From Chrysomallon squamiferum (taxonomy: Eukaryota; Animalia; Mollusca): DNA of 64,000 nucleotides. This document shows, one piece after another, positions 36,196 to 51,394 of the stretch (within the stretch, counting starts at the first letter, position 1; each line of letters starts with the position of its first letter). The position numbers and the translations under genes are program-made. The stretch lies in the NCBI GenBank assembly GCA_012295275.1, contig CM022679.1:23064001-23128000 (forward strand), given 5' to 3'. Below the pieces are notes generated by a model that was given only the letters and a program-made list of their open reading frames with translations, ran no database searches and had not been told where the DNA came from.

Positions 36196-36654
36196 GCTGT
36201 TGTTGTTGTTGTTGTTGTTGTTGTTGATATTGTTGTTGTTATTATTAGATTCATAAAAGGTAGTAAAGAGTCAAATTACTTTTATGATAGTCTACAAAAT
36301 ATTTGTTTCAATCTTTAGGTGTAGCAAAGTATGCACATTATTATTATGTTCTTGTTGTTTTTATGTGTTGTCGTTTTTTGTTGTTGTTGTTGTTGTTGTT
36401 TTTTTGTTGTTGTTTTTTTTTGTTTGTTTTCTTTACCTAATTGTTTCAAAGTCTGTGCATTATAAGGTATTACAAAACTATTGTTTTTATGATTTAACAG
36501 ATGGAAATGCATTGTATGTAAAGACAAGCGAGTCACAATCGTTTTCCTGCCCTGTGAACACGTTTGCTGCTGTGACGATTGTGCGTCCAGACAGCGACGT
36601 TGCCCAGATTGTGGAAGGATAATCCAGTCAACTCGTCCGACTGTCCTCTTTTAA
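34905..36654 (+). CDS. IAP paralogue A (BIR + RING): join(34905..35330,35895..35929,36501..36654); possibly a pseudogene at its 5' end
   Basis: BIR: LAAAGFYFTGTGDRVVCFSC-x16-H-x6-C. A 35-nt phase 0-2 linker exon (DYDGIQADLHGR) follows. RING exon: CIVCKDKRVTIVFLPCEHVCCCDDCASRQRRCPDC...VLF*. The exon acceptor is at 34815, but an in-frame TAA precedes the ATG at 34905. Confidence 0.8.
35554..35615 (+). pseudogene. Remnant of the second-BIR exon 3' end inside an IAP-A intron
   Basis: cagacatgtgaagggagacaattttgtcg..atacaagcaatgaataaaaatgaag matches 59856..59914. Confidence 0.75.
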
Positions 36655-36807
36655 AGATGACGATGTGATGAACTTTGAATCTCATGTAAAAAATGTACCA
36701 AAGAATTTGAATCGATTTTTTGAGTTTCACACTAACAATTTTAAATGCTGAAGTCCAATTTTCTAGTACAGTACTCAATAGTAACCGACTAATACAAAAT
36801 ACTTTTC

Positions 36808-36847
<40 letters not shown>

Positions 36848-38998
36848 TTACTACTATTAGCAGTACCACTAATACAACGACAACTTCTACTACAGCTACA
36901 ACCAGTTACTTGTATATGGTTTTATGGCAAATTAGTATTTCCAGGATATTAAGAAGACACGCCTATAATATATGAAAGCTTATATACAGTTTTCTCTTAT
37001 CAGAGGTTGGTTTTAATAAAATAATCAGTAGTAAATTTATGATATACATAATTGTATAGTAGGATATTTATTGGTAATCATGCAGACACAATTTGACAAA
37101 AAAACAAACTATCAAAGAGTATGTAATAAAAAAATATAATTATAGTACGTTAAGTGATGTGTATATTTTGTAACAAACGTAACAAAGAACATTTTAAAAC
37201 AAATCAAATAACTTGATTACTTTGTTACACATAACCTTTGTAAACAAATTGTAGGTTTTATCATAAAAGTAACGTGATTCTTCACAAGGTTTTACCATCA
37301 TACAAAAAGGCTTTCTGTATTTCTTTCCTTGTAAAATATATCAGATAATAATAATAATAATAATAATAATAATAGTAATTGCAATACCAGTAATGCGAGA
37401 GGCAACAAGAACAATGATTAAACAATCAATAATAAATACATTATTAAGTGGAGTTAAATTAGCAAATATAGAACTAATATTAAAATAACATCTTGAAATT
37501 GTTTAATAAAATTTGGGTAGGTAAATAAATTAATAAATAAATAAAATAATGTTTGTTGCCCAGATTAGTGTTCAGTGGATTAAGTCAGTGAGTGAGAAAA
37601 TAAAAGTGCTAATCAGAGCGAGCTGTTGTGAAATAGATCTGCGACCGTCACGCTCTCTGACAAAGCCAGGGCGTGTCTGTCGTTGAAAAGAGACGAGGGA
37701 GGTAAAAGAAGGGGATCTCCAAACGATCACTCAGTCACTTTATTTATTAATTATTAATTAATTGTTTTGTATTTAGTGTATTTGCTTCATGTTTTGTTTG
37801 TTTTTTATTTGGTTATTTTAATTTTGATTTTTTTGTTTCGTTTTTCTTTTTTTTTTACTTGTTTCAATTAAAGTTTGTATTTTGTGTTGGTGATGTCAAT
37901 TGTTAGTGCAGCGAGGACTAGCTCTCTGTTTTTCGTAGCTGGTGTGAATTCGATTTTCAGCTCTTAAGATGTGTCATGTTAACCTCTATTCTTCGAATAG
38001 CAGACCTACTATGTCTGACAAGATTTAAGTTAAAAATGTAGAAAATATTAGGTCAGTTTAAATTAAGAAAATATTAAAAAAAAAAAAAATACATCTTTCA
38101 TTTTCCTTTTTTTAAAATGTTATTTAATTAGTTATTTGATCTTGTTTGCTTTATTTATTTATATGTATCTTTCTGAATACACTTATTTATTCCAGGAAAA
38201 ATGCTTATATTGTGTTCAAATTACAAATAAGTACGTCATTTACGTTGCAAACGTTGTTATATGTTATTTTTCTGTATGATTGAATGAAACATACCCAGAT
38301 TTGAATAAACACTTTCCAATTCTTTTTATAATAATAGTTTTCAACAGGACGATAACAAAAGCTGCTATTAGACACAATATTAAAAGTTCACAGTTTTGCA
38401 AGTGGACTTTGTTTATTCAGAATATTATACAGAAGCAGTTTTTGTTATTATGCCTCTACTTAGATCAGTTTTATTCGTGTCACTGTATCCAAAGTACACA
38501 AACAGCAATAGCTCTACTATAAATAAATATCAGTGTATTTTGGCTGTAATGAAAGTAGTATATATTAACTTTAACATAAGTAATACTTAGCAAATTAATC
38601 GATTGACTATAACATACGTGAAAATATTGTAAATTTTATATTTGTCTATCAGAAAATCTTTCTTGATTTATGAAGAGTGAGTTAAAATAAGAAAAAATGT
38701 TTATTCAAATTTGTGCTGGTCTTATTGAGACACAGGACGAAGAAAGTTACTACAGAGAATTCTGCTGTACATAATCAAACGAGTAAAATATTTTACTCTG
38801 TGTTTGTAGACATAAAACAAAGAACTATGAATACATTGCAAAGTGTTTAGCAGAAACACTGTCTTGCGAACTGTGATAATTTCATTGATAACAGCAATCA
38901 TGTTGCAGCATCAGACATAGTCACGAGTTCTGATATCTAGCACTGAGCTGCATGTGCTCTCGGTGTCTGGAAAACAGTCACAATTCTTATATAACAAA

Positions 38999-39150
38999 AT
39001 GCATGGGTTTGTGGAGTACTGAATGTGTCATCTTACTATGCATGGGTTTGTGGAGTACTGAATGTGTCATCTTACTATGCATGGGTTTGTGGAGTACTGA
39101 ATGTGTCATCTTACTATGCATGGGTTTGTGGAGTACTGAATGTGTCATCT
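38999..39150. repeat. 39-bp minisatellite x~4 (also x3 at 40372..40497 and x1 at 61831..61878)
   Basis: Unit ATGCATGGGTTTGTGGAGTACTGAATGTGTCATCTTACT, head to tail with no spacers. Confidence 0.95.
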
Positions 39151-40068
39151 GATAGATATTTGATAGAACATGCGGCTCAATCACCAACATTAAGATCAAA
39201 GAACATTAACAAAAAATTCTGATAAAATGTGTTCAATCTATCTTTCATTGTCAATATATTTCTTAATTAAAATTTGTGACTTTTTTCCTGTTTATTTTTT
39301 AAAGTTTTTTTTTCTTTTTTTGTGTATGACTTTATCTTAGATTCGTGCTTTCCACGTTTCTGATTTTTTAAGTGAAACAGTAAATTTAATGTGTGAATTA
39401 CAACATATACTAATAACTGTATCAAAAGTCTGAATGCGTGATAGTGCTTTTTTGTTTACTCATCACCAACTTTTTAACAGGAAGGTTTTGACTTAATTGT
39501 GTAAGTAGTAGCAATAAAAATATATCTTTTTTAAATCAATTGTGTTGTGAGTTTCACTTTTATGTACATAGCCATTTATGTATATTTTATGAACTAAGAG
39601 AATTCAAGCTGATCATGCTATAGAACTGGTTAAAAAAGAAAAAGAAAAAAGATAAGAAGAAGAGGAAGAAAAACCTAAAGAAGTTTTCTTAGAACGCTCA
39701 TAAATCTCTTTACCTAAGATGAATGTTCACTCAGTGTGATGGTGGTGATGATAATAATAATGTGACTTACATAACTAATTGAAATCAGCTAATAATAATA
39801 ATAGTTTTATTATTAGTACTATCACTAGTACAACGACGACTTCTACTACTACTATTACTACTAGATACTTGTATATGGTATTATGGCAAAATATAGATTT
39901 TAATAAGTAGATTAAAATGAGATAAAGCTGGACATAAATAAAAGTTAAATTCAACTGTAGTACTGATTATATGCATATACCACTACTAATAAATACTTCA
40001 ACAAAATATCCAAAACAATTATTTGTATTTATTTAACACCAGCAGGTACTATATTTTTTCTATAATAA

Positions 40069-40156
<88 letters not shown>

Positions 40157-41271
40157 GCGCACACTCACACACACACACACACACACCTTATGTCATTCTT
40201 AATTACAATATATTCATACTATTGCAATAAATAAAAGTGTACGTAAGTCCTTTCTGCATTTGTTCGTCCCAGTAAAGTCTGAACACCACAACAGTTCTCA
40301 AATAACTGCACATTATTATTGACTTAATTCAGAGATCATTCTAGATCCTATAACAATTCTTATATAACAAAATGCATGGGTTTGTGGAGTACTGAATGTG
40401 TCATCATACTATGCATGGGTTTGTGGAGTACTGAATGTGTCATCATACTATGCATGGGTTTGTGGAGTACTGAATGTGTCATCTTACTATGCATGGGGTG
40501 ATTGTTAAGCTTATTGATTAGTTCAATTAGGCAGGATTAAAGAAAGAGGCTTCATCTAGCTTAGTGATTAGGATAGACTTAAACTAAGGGCTTCCTTCTG
40601 TAAATGATTTATAAAATGTCCCAGGTTAAAATGTGTTTCACTACATATTCTCCAACTTGCTCTAGTATCAGAAGTATGTTTAATATGGAAGTTATTCATA
40701 GCAATAAGGGTGGTAACAAAATCTGTTATGAGGGGTTCATGTATACTGCGGCAGAATATTTTTCGTGATATCGGGTGAAACATCCGCCTAAACCATCAAC
40801 ATTAACAAAAAATTCTGACAAAAGGTGTTTAATCTATCTTTCTTAACAATATATTTCTTTTTTAAAAATTGTGACTTTTCCCTGTTGTTTTTTTTAGTTG
40901 TTTTTTTTCTTTTTTACTGTGACTTTTTCCTAGATTCGTGCTTTTCACGTTTCTGATTTTTTAAGTGAAATAGTAAATTTAATGTGTTAATTACAACATG
41001 TACTAATAACTGTATCAAAAGTCTGAATGCGTGATAGTGGTTTTTTGTTTACTCATCACCAACTTTATAACAGGAAGGTTTTGACTTAATTGTGTAAGTA
41101 GTAGCAATAAGAATATATCATTTTTAAATCAATTGTGTTGAGAATTTCGCTATTATGTACATAGAAATTTACGCATATTGTTTTTTTTTTTTTTACTTTT
41201 TTTCTTTTTTTGAGTGTAACTTTTTTCCTGTGACTTTTTCTTAGATTCGTGCTTTCCACGTTTCTGATTTT

Positions 41272-41337
<66 letters not shown>

Positions 41338-43081
41338 TGACTTACACAACTAATTCAAATCAGCTAACAGCCACTGTAGACGTCATTACGTAGATTCAAG
41401 ATAAGCTGGACATAAAAAGAACAGGAGAAAAACACGTGCAGCCATCTTTAAAGATGATCGTCTAAAGAGGACAACACTAACCATCTGAAATGTCTATCAA
41501 CCGAGTTCGGACATTTCAGAACTAACTAAAAAAAAAAACTGGATATTTTCATTAAATTGTTACACAAACTCAAAGCTTACAGATCTTGCTCATGGACTAT
41601 ACTGATTTTAATGAAGTTATGAAATATCCAAGTGAAACAAAAATGTTTCATAAATTCTCTGAAAATGATAGGGATTTCTGAAAACTCCTTGTGTCAGAAT
41701 TTTTCAGTACAATATACATGATAAATCAGTTAGCTAAGAATAAAATGTAAAAACAAACCAATAAACAAACAATAACAAAACAAAGTAAAATATACCTAGG
41801 AATATGTCAGTTATTTTATTCTGTGTAATTTTTTGAGAATACTCATATATATATATATTTTTTTTTTTTCTTTTGTCATGGTTTTAAGAAAAGTGGCGAA
41901 AAAAGTCGGAATTTTAAAACTTCTGTTGTTTTCTTTTTTCAAGATATATCTCAAGATGTTTTCTATCAGTTTAAAACATACGCAGACCAGTTTTATTTCT
42001 GAAACATCTAGAATGATTTATGATGCATCTGAGAAAATCGTCAGATGCAATATTTCTGGTATTTTATAATTTAGATTTATATTTTTATTTGTTTATTTAT
42101 TTATGAGAAGGAATCAGTGAAACTTTACACCACTTTTCACAGGGCGGTAACAAAAGCTGCTGTTAGACTCAATATGAAAAGTTCACAGTTTTGTAAGTGG
42201 ACTCTGTGTATTCAGAATATTATACGGAAGCAGTTTTTATTATTGTCCCAATATTTAGATCAGTTTTATTCGTGTCAGAGTTGGTTTTATGTATAATATC
42301 TGGGAAAATCCAAAGATTCCACTTTGAGTGCTATTTAGTAGGAAGAGTATTCAATTAAATGAAAATACAACAGCTCGAATATAAATTAATATCAGTGTAT
42401 TTCTACTGTAATGAAAGTAATATATTTTAACATTATCATATTTTATGCGTGGCAAATTAATCCGCTGAGTATAACGTACATGAAAATATTACAAATATTT
42501 ATATTTGTGTATCAGAAAATATTTCTAGATTTATGGAGAATGAGTTCAAGTAATAAAAATGGAACTAATATTAAATTGACACCATTTAGAAAATGTTTAT
42601 CAAATCTGAGTTGATTTTATTAAGACATAAGAAGTTACCAGATGGGAAAGTTTGCCGTGTAAACAATATAGCTACTTGTTATATGTACAATATTTAGTCA
42701 ATTTAACAAATAAATAAAATAAAAACAAATAATGTTTGTTTCATAGATTATGAGATTTTGGCTTATCGGCGGTTCATTGGAAAGTCACCAAGTTTATTTA
42801 TAGAATTTTGTCTACGTAATTTGAGTCACCTGATTGTTATGACGTAGTGATAATCCAGATACGTTATGTTGTCTGTTTTTAATATATCGACTGATCTGAG
42901 CTGGGCTTTTCAGAAATAAAGTGATTAGAAATTTAGATAAGTGTAGACATGATGCCGACTAGAATTACTGCAATGATGTTGATTACTCCTTCAGGTCAAC
43001 AGAGTTCACTGTGCATACTAATGATGTATAATAGACGACACCTATAAACAGAAACATGAAAATATATCCGATCAGAATCAA

Positions 43082-43120
<39 letters not shown>

Positions 43121-44597
43121 TAATTATTAGCTGGAAAGGTTTGAATAAAATTAATTATCACTGTTAATAAATAAATGAAAATATGCTGTGCATTTATTAC
43201 ACTAATTGCTTGTCTAATGACTTATCTAAATGTAATGGAAGTTTCAAATATTAAACGGAAAGTCAAAATCCTGAACGTAACTCGTGAACGTCTTGTTACG
43301 TTTAGCTCAAGTATATTGGAGTATATTGCCAACAGACATTCTGCCGCTTAACAGACAAAACACAAAAGTAATTATTTTATAAATTTATCAGCAATTATTC
43401 AGATTATTCAAAGTAATAGTCAAATGGAAAATAATTTCAAACACAATAACCAAATAGCTTTAGCACAATATCCAAAAGAGTTGTTTCCCTTGAACATACA
43501 CAATTTGCAAAAATCGTTTACACATAATTATAATAAATATTATTATAATTTGAGTTCTGTATTTTAACCTAAAAATTACTGAATAATAAGCAAGGTATAG
43601 ACAGCGATTTCTTAATTAAAAATCGTCTTTTAATTTCGAAATACAAACCGCCTGTCAGTTTCTACTCTACATCTTTTCCTGGTTGTTTACCATAACCCAT
43701 TTATGGTTGTCGTTAACAATCATTATTAACATTTTAGCTTTTTAATATTTTATGGCTTTATTTCCCGAAGAATGTAAGTAGCAACAATTATTTGTATACA
43801 GAAATCTTTACCGAAAACAACGACAATAAAAATTTGTAACGTTTATTGTTGCTGGACACAATCGGCAATACTCGGAATACCTCGTAATGTTTCGTTTATG
43901 ATGTGGAAAAAAAATAATACCCCCCCCCAAAACCCCACAAAATAATTGGAAATGAAAAACAGAAGCAGTAGTAACAGCAGCAGTTAATTAATTAATTAAT
44001 AATAGTTGTGTTTTTATTAACGACAGAAAATGATATCATCAATGGTAGCGAACTTCGATTCAGAAAAAAAAAAAAAAAAAAAAAAAAAGAGGAAAATTTA
44101 AAAAAAATTAAAAAATTAAAGAATTAGAGCAAAGAAAAAAGTAGAGAAAACCAAACAAACTTAAAATGAAATATTAATTTACTGATTTATACTTAGGTTG
44201 TTAATCGTGAATACCCTTAAAGTAAGTATTTTTATTCAAATAGCTAATAATAATACACGAATACTGGTACACACAGTTATATCATAGACTGAATGGTAAC
44301 CAAGGGTAACTGTGATAAAGATAAGTAACGACGTCGATAATTTCCTCCTAAAATTAATTAATTAAAACTAATGAAAACAAAAAATGAGCAGAAGATAAAA
44401 CATACATATGAAGAAAGTAGTCAAACACATTAAGAAGAGTAAAGAAAAAGAAGAAATAAGAAGGCAGAAAAATACAATCAAAAAGAATATTAAGTTAGCT
44501 GAGAACAACAACAAAAAACAAAACAAAACAACAACAACAGAAGAAGAAGATATCTTCATCATTTTGTTACACAAACACAAAACTTGGACATCTAACT

Positions 44598-44835
44598 CAG
44601 GGTTGGATTTAATGTGTTTGCCGCCCGCAGGCTAAAGAAATTTTACTGCCCCCTCCGCAAGGCTCAAGTCCCCCTCACCCTTCCCACTTAGTTTATATAA
44701 TATGAATGGTTGTAACTTATGATCTAGTTGAAAGCAAAAACATGGCTTTACATTTACATAATGATTTATTTATATATCAGATGTGAAAATACGAATTTAT
44801 GTAACATAAACTGCCGCCCCTATCATCCGGCCCTG
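44598..44835. mobile_element. hAT (Tip100-like) MITE with 8-bp TSD
   Basis: TIRs CAGGGTTGGAT / ATCCGGCCCTG; TSD ATCTAACT / ATCTAGCT; paralogous empty sites 'agatcttgctcatggact' at ~41581 and ~50814. Confidence 0.85.
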
Positions 44836-44981
44836 ATCTAGCTCATGGACTTTACTGATTTTAGTGACGTCATGGGAAAAAGTTGTAAACCAGATAAACT
44901 AATAATCAAAGAAAAACAAACAAACATTGAAAATGATTAAATGCTACTTTAAAAGATTTAAAAAAATAAATAAATAAAACT

Positions 44982-45723
44982 GTGAAAATTAAATTGAATC
45001 TGATTTATATATTTATTGATCGTTTGTTATTATTTCTTTTGTCTGATTTTTTTCTCTTTTTTTTGTATTGTTTTTTTTCTCAATGGCTGTTGATGAATTT
45101 AAAGAATCGAATGGCAGTATAGAGTTTATTATTTATTTATTTATTTATATTTTTTTTTACCCATTATATCATTGTACATGAGAGTAATTAATAACATCAA
45201 AATAGCTGATAATATTAAAATATTATACATCGAGGAAAATAAGGTAAGTTTTTTTGATGAGTTATGATTTCCAGTGACTTTAAAGTCCTTGCAAGGTTTC
45301 ACTTAAGTTTGTTTGTAGCTTGGTCCACAGTTCAGGGATAAGCAGTGTCCAGTTTATATATCTGCAGATGTTTTCTATCAGTTTAAAGCATATGCAGACC
45401 AATTTTGTTTCTGAAACATCTAGAATGGTTTATGATGCATCCGAGAAAATCCTCAGATGAAATTCTTCTGGTATCTTATAATTTAGATATTTTTCTTTTT
45501 ATTTCTTTATGAGAAGGAATCAGTGAAACTTTTCACCAGTTTTCACAGAGCGATAACAAAAGCTGCTGTTAGACGCAATATTAAAAGTTCACAGTTTTAC
45601 AAGTTCTATCAGTACAGTGACGTTTTAACAAGATGATTTTCAACCAGTACAGTGACGTTTTAACAAGATGATTTTCAACCAGTACAGTGACATTTTAACA
45701 AGATGATTTTCAACCAGTACAGT

Positions 45724-45819
<96 letters not shown>

Positions 45820-48674
45820 TGTATTCAGAATATTTTACAGAATCAGTTTTTGTTATTAAAATAGCTAATAATAATACACAAATACTGGTACTCACAGTTA
45901 TATCATAGACTGAATGGTAACCAAGGGTATCTGTGATAAAGTTAAGATAATTTCCTTCTTAAATTAATTAATTAAATAATTAAAACCTGATCAGTTTTGT
46001 TAATGGCAGAGTTGGTTGTATGTATATTATCTAGGAAAACCAAAGATTCCAAACTGATCGTTATTCAAGAGAGGATTCAAATAATATAAAATACAACAGC
46101 TCGAATATAAATTAATATCAGTGTATTTCTACTGTAAAGAAAGTAATATATTTTAACATTATCATATTTTATACGTGGCAAATTAGTCCACTGAGTATAA
46201 CGTACATGAAAATGTCACAAATCTTTATATTTGTGTATCAGAAAATATTCCTAGTTTAATGCAGAGGGAATTAAAGTAACAAAAATAGAATTAATATTAT
46301 AATAGCAACATAAAACCATTTTTTTTTTTTTTTAATTCAAATGTGAGTTGGTCTTATTAAGGAATAGGACATAAAAGTTACTACATGACAAAGATTATCC
46401 TGCAAACAATATACCTAGATGTAGCATGAATACAATTTAGTTAAACTTTATTAGAATAAAATACAAACAAACACACACAATAAATAAATAAATAAATAAA
46501 TAAATAAGGTGTATGGCCTAGGTTATGAGAAAGCAGTTCAGTGCTTTGGCAAGTTTATTTATATCTGTATGTACAGGTAATTTCCGTCACGTGACAGTTA
46601 CCTCGTAATGACGACCCACATACATTTTGTTATCAGTTTCTAATACTGGATCAGTTTGAGTTTTGCTTTTCAGAAATAACGTGATTAGGAATTTAGGTAA
46701 GTTGATAAACATTTCGATAACAGTTTTCTTTGTATAGTAATTTATGTTTGTAATTAAATACTTATGTCTGGAGATAAATCTATATTTTTTTAAATGAATG
46801 AAAATCATTTTAACATTACTTCCTTGTTTTCTCAGCTCATAACGAACCTTTCCTAGTCGATTTTATTGAATTCAGTGGCTCATGTGAAACATGCATAGAC
46901 CTTGGATTTAGTTTTAAAAAAAGGTTTAATAATAAAACTAGTATTCTAAATAATCGTTACGTTATAAACAGATTTACTGTATTCACGTAGTAGAGAAAAC
47001 GACTTTCTTTTGTGTTTGTTACGTGCGACAACGAGAAGGTCACAAATATTCAGCGCTTTGTGTCGCCAACTTAATATCGTTTTAAATAATAGTTGAGTGT
47101 ATAAAATAAATGTTAAGACAAATATTTAAAATTATTAGCTTTCTTCAGATAACGTTATAAAATATTTCCGTGTCATTCTTTTTTTCTTTTTAAGTTTCTG
47201 AAACCGAAACTTGTGTGCACAAAAATATTTCCTGGAACGTTTTAAAACATAATTATTTACTTTTCAGTGCAATGGTAACTTTTATAAAGCAGCATAATGC
47301 TACATTTCTTGTTTACAAATGATTAAATACTACTTATTAAAAAAAGGAAGATTTAAAAAAAAAAAAAAAATGTGAAGATTAAATTGCATTTGATTTATAT
47401 ATTTATTGATCGTTTGTTATTATTATTTCTTTTGTCTGATTTTTTTATCTTTTTTTTGTATTGTTTTTTCTCAATGGCTGTTGATGAATTTAAAGAATCG
47501 AATGGCAGTATCGAGTTTATTATTTATTTATTTATTTATATTTTTTTTACCCATTATATCATTGTACATGAGAGTAATTAATAACATCAAAATAGCTGAT
47601 AATATTAAAATATTATACATCGAGCAAAACAAGGTAAGTTTTTTGATGAGTTATGATTTCCAGTAACTTTAAGGTTCTTGCAAGGTTTCACTTAAGTTTG
47701 TTTGTAGCTTGGTCCACAGTTCAGGGGTAAGCAGTGTCCAGTTTATATACCTCCAGATGTTTTCTATCAGTTTAAAGCATATGCAGACCAATTTTGTTTC
47801 TGAAACATCTAGAATGGTTTATGATGCATCCGAGAAATACGTCAGATGAAATTCTACTGGTATCTTAGAATTTAGATATATATTTTTTATTTGTTTATTT
47901 ATTTATTTATGAGAAGGAATCAGTGAAACTTTTCAGCACTTTTCACAGAGCGATAACAAAAGCTGCTGTTAGACACAATATGAAACGTTCACAGTTTTAC
48001 AAGTTTACTCTGTGTATTCAGAATATTTTACAGAATCAGTTTTTGTTATTAAAATAGCTAATAATAATACACGAATACTGGTACACACAGTTATATCATA
48101 GACTGAATAGTAACCAAGGGCAACTGTGATAAAGATAAGATAATTTCCTTCTTAAATTAATTAATTAATTAATTAAAACCTGATCAGTTTTGTTAATGGC
48201 AGAGTTGGTTTTATGTATATTATCTAGGAAAATCCAAAGATTCCAAACTGATCGTTATTCAAGAGAGGATTCAAATAATATAAAATACAACAGCTCGAAT
48301 ATAAATTAATATCAGTGTATTTCTACTGTAACGAAAGTAATATATTTTAACATTATCATATTTTATACGTGGCAAATTAGTCCACTGAGTATAACGTACA
48401 TGAAAATGTCACAAATCTTTATATTTGTGTATCAGAAAATATTCCTAGTTTAATGCAGAGGGAATTAAAGTAACAAAAATAGAATTAATATTATAATAGC
48501 AACATAAAACAATTTTTTATTTTATTTTATTCAAATGTGAGTTGGTCTTATTAAGGAATAGGACATAAAAGTTACTACATGACAAAGATTATCCTGCAAA
48601 CAATATACCTAGATGTAGCATGAATAAAATTTAGTTAAACTTTATTAGAATAAAATACAAACAAACACACAAAA

Positions 48675-48705
<31 letters not shown>

Positions 48706-50190
48706 GGTGTATGGCCTAGGTTATGAGAAAGCAGTTCAGTGCTTTGGCAAGTTTATTTATATCTGTATGTACAGGTAATTTCCGTCACGTGACAGTTACC
48801 TCGTAATGACGACCCTCATCCATTTTGTTATCAGTTTCTAATACTCGATCAGTTTGAGTTTTGCTTTTCAGAAATAACGTGATTAGGAATTTAGGTAAGT
48901 TGATAAACATTTCGATAACAGTTTTCTTTGTATAGTAATTTATGTTTGTAATTAAATACTTATGTCTGGAGATAAATCTATATTTTTTTAAATGAATGAA
49001 AATCATTTTAACATTACTTCCTTGTTTTCTCAGCTCATAACGAACCTTTTCTAGTCGATTTTATTGAATTCAGTGGCTCATGTGAAACATGCATAGACCT
49101 TGGATTTAGTTTTAAAAAAAGGTTTAATAATAAAACTAGTATTCTAAATAATGGTTACATTATAACCTGATTTACTATATTCACGTAGTAGAGAAAACGA
49201 CTTTCTTTTGTATTTGTTACGTGCGACAACGAGAAGGTCACAAATATTCAGCGCTTTGTGTCGCCAACTTAATATCGTTTTAAATAATAGTTGAGTGTAT
49301 AAAATAAATGTTAAGACAAATATTTAAAATTATTAGCTTTCTTCAGCTAACGTTATAAAATATTTCCGTGTCATTCTTTTTTTCTTTTTAAGTTTCTGAA
49401 ACCGAAACTTGTGTGCACAAAAATATTTCCTGGAACGTTTTAAAACATAATTATTTACTTTTCAGTGCAATGGTAACTTTTATAAAGCAGCATAATGCTA
49501 CGTTTCTTGTTTACAAATGATTAAATACTACTTATTAAAAAAAGGAAGATTTAAAAAAAAAAAAAAAAATGTGAAGATTAAATTGCATTTGATTTATATA
49601 TTTATTGATCGTTTGTTATTATTATTTCTCAGTCTGATTTTTTGTCTTTTTTTTTTTTGTATTGTTTTTTCTCAATGGCTGTTGATGAATTTAAAGAATC
49701 GAATGGCAGTATCGAGTTTATTATTTATTTATTTATTTATTTATTTTTCCCCCATTATATCATTGTACATGAGAGTAATTAATAACATCAAAATAGCTGA
49801 TAATATTAAAATATTATACATCGAGCAAAACAATGTAAGTTTTTTTGATGAGTTATGATTTCCAGTAACTTTAAGGTTCTTGCAAGGTTTCACTTGTTTG
49901 TTTGTAGCTTGGTCCACAGTTCAGGGGTGAGCAGTGTCCAGTTTATATACCTCCAGATGTTTTCTATCAGTTTAAAGCATATGCAGACCAATTTTGTTTC
50001 TGAAACATCTAGAATGATTTATGATGCATTCGAGAAAATCGTCAGATGAAATTCTTCTGGTATCTTAGAATTTAGATATTTTTCTTTTTATTTCTTTATT
50101 TCTTGATGAGAAGGAATCAGTGAAACTTTTCACCAGTTTTCACAGCGCGGTAACAAAAGCTGCTGTTAGACACAATATAAAAAATTCACA
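44982..50190. repeat. Tandem ~2.2-2.4 kb duplication, ~2.3 copies (starts ~44982, 47372, 49571), built from IAP-flank modules
   Basis: Near-identical ORFs at 46587 and 48785 (offset 2198); modules shared with 32160-32870 and 52510-53190. Confidence 0.9.
45610..45816. repeat. 35-bp minisatellite x3.3 followed by (CT)n, present in only one of the tandem units
   Basis: Unit CAGTACAGTGACGTTTTAACAAGATGATTTTCAAC; absent at the paralogous site ~48005. Confidence 0.9.
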
Positions 50191-51394
50191 ATTTATGATT
50201 CTAGTTAAAAATGTGAAAATTAATTAATTAAATCATTTATTTGTTTAGTTCATTTTTATTCATTCACTAATGTATTTTGTTGAATGCGTTATATTTTATT
50301 CAGCAAAAATATAGTAAATTTTATTTATATTACAACTAAATACGTCATTTAAACTTTCTTGTACAGTACATACATCTGTGTTATGCTTGAATAAACCAAC
50401 CCAGATTTAAATCAGCATTTTCTAAATGTATTTAAAATAAAATCAATCCCATTCAGATTACATTATCTTCCTCTCCATATACGTAAAGTGTGTTTCTGAT
50501 TTTTTCTTTTTTCTGCAAACCTGTTACTAAATCGATTATTATGTAATACCAGAAAGTGAAAATATATTCGGACCTGAGTGATCCAGACTGTTTCTTTCTT
50601 AGTAAATTTGGTCGAAGGTTTTAGTCAGTTGACCTCTACTATACTGGACAGAAAAAACCACACACAACATGCAGCCATCTTTAAAGATGACCGCCTAAAG
50701 AGTAGAAAGCTAATAATCTGAAATATCCATCAACCGAGTTCGGACTCTTCAGAACTAACTAAAACAAAAAACTTGAAATTTTCATTAAATTGTTACACAA
50801 ACTCAAAGCTTACAGATCTTGCTCATGGACTATACTGATTTTAATAAAGTTATGAAATATCCAAGTGAAAGAAAAATGATTTAATAAATTATCTGAAAAT
50901 GATAGGGATTTCTGAAAACTCCATGTTTGAGAATTTTACAGTAAAATATACAAGATAAATCAGTTAGCTAAGAATAAAATGTAAAAACAAACTAATAAAG
51001 AAAGAAAGAAACAAAATTTCAGTGAAACTTTTCAGAAATTTTCACAGGGCGGTAACAAAAGCTGCTGTTAGACGCAATATGAAAAGTTCACAGTTTTGCA
51101 AGTGGACTTCGTATATTCAGAATATTTTACAGATTCAGTTTTTGTTATTGTGCCACTATTTAGATCAGTTTTATTCGTGTCAGAGTTGGTTTGATGTATA
51201 ATATCTAGGAAAATCCAAAAATTCCAAATTGACCGCTATTTAATAGCGAGAGTATTCAAATAAATTAAAATATAACATCACTTGTCGACTGTTCTGTCTC
51301 ATCATTCTCACGTCTGAAGATAAATATAAGAAATTCTCTGAAACACGGTTTACCTGAACAAATCTTTAACAATAAATACAATAAAATATAACAG

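Noticed and set aside
36284-36622. Track ORFs overlapping the RING exons (also 60625..60882)
   Set aside because: Wrong frame; the C3HC4 RING is encoded in another frame starting at the AG acceptor.
38999-39150. 39-bp direct repeats resembling a CRISPR array
   Set aside because: Units are head to tail with no unique spacers, there are no cas genes, and the context is eukaryotic; it is a minisatellite.
46587-46808. 73-aa ORF repeated at 48785..49006
   Set aside because: Part of the 2.2-kb non-coding tandem duplication; AT-rich with no domain.
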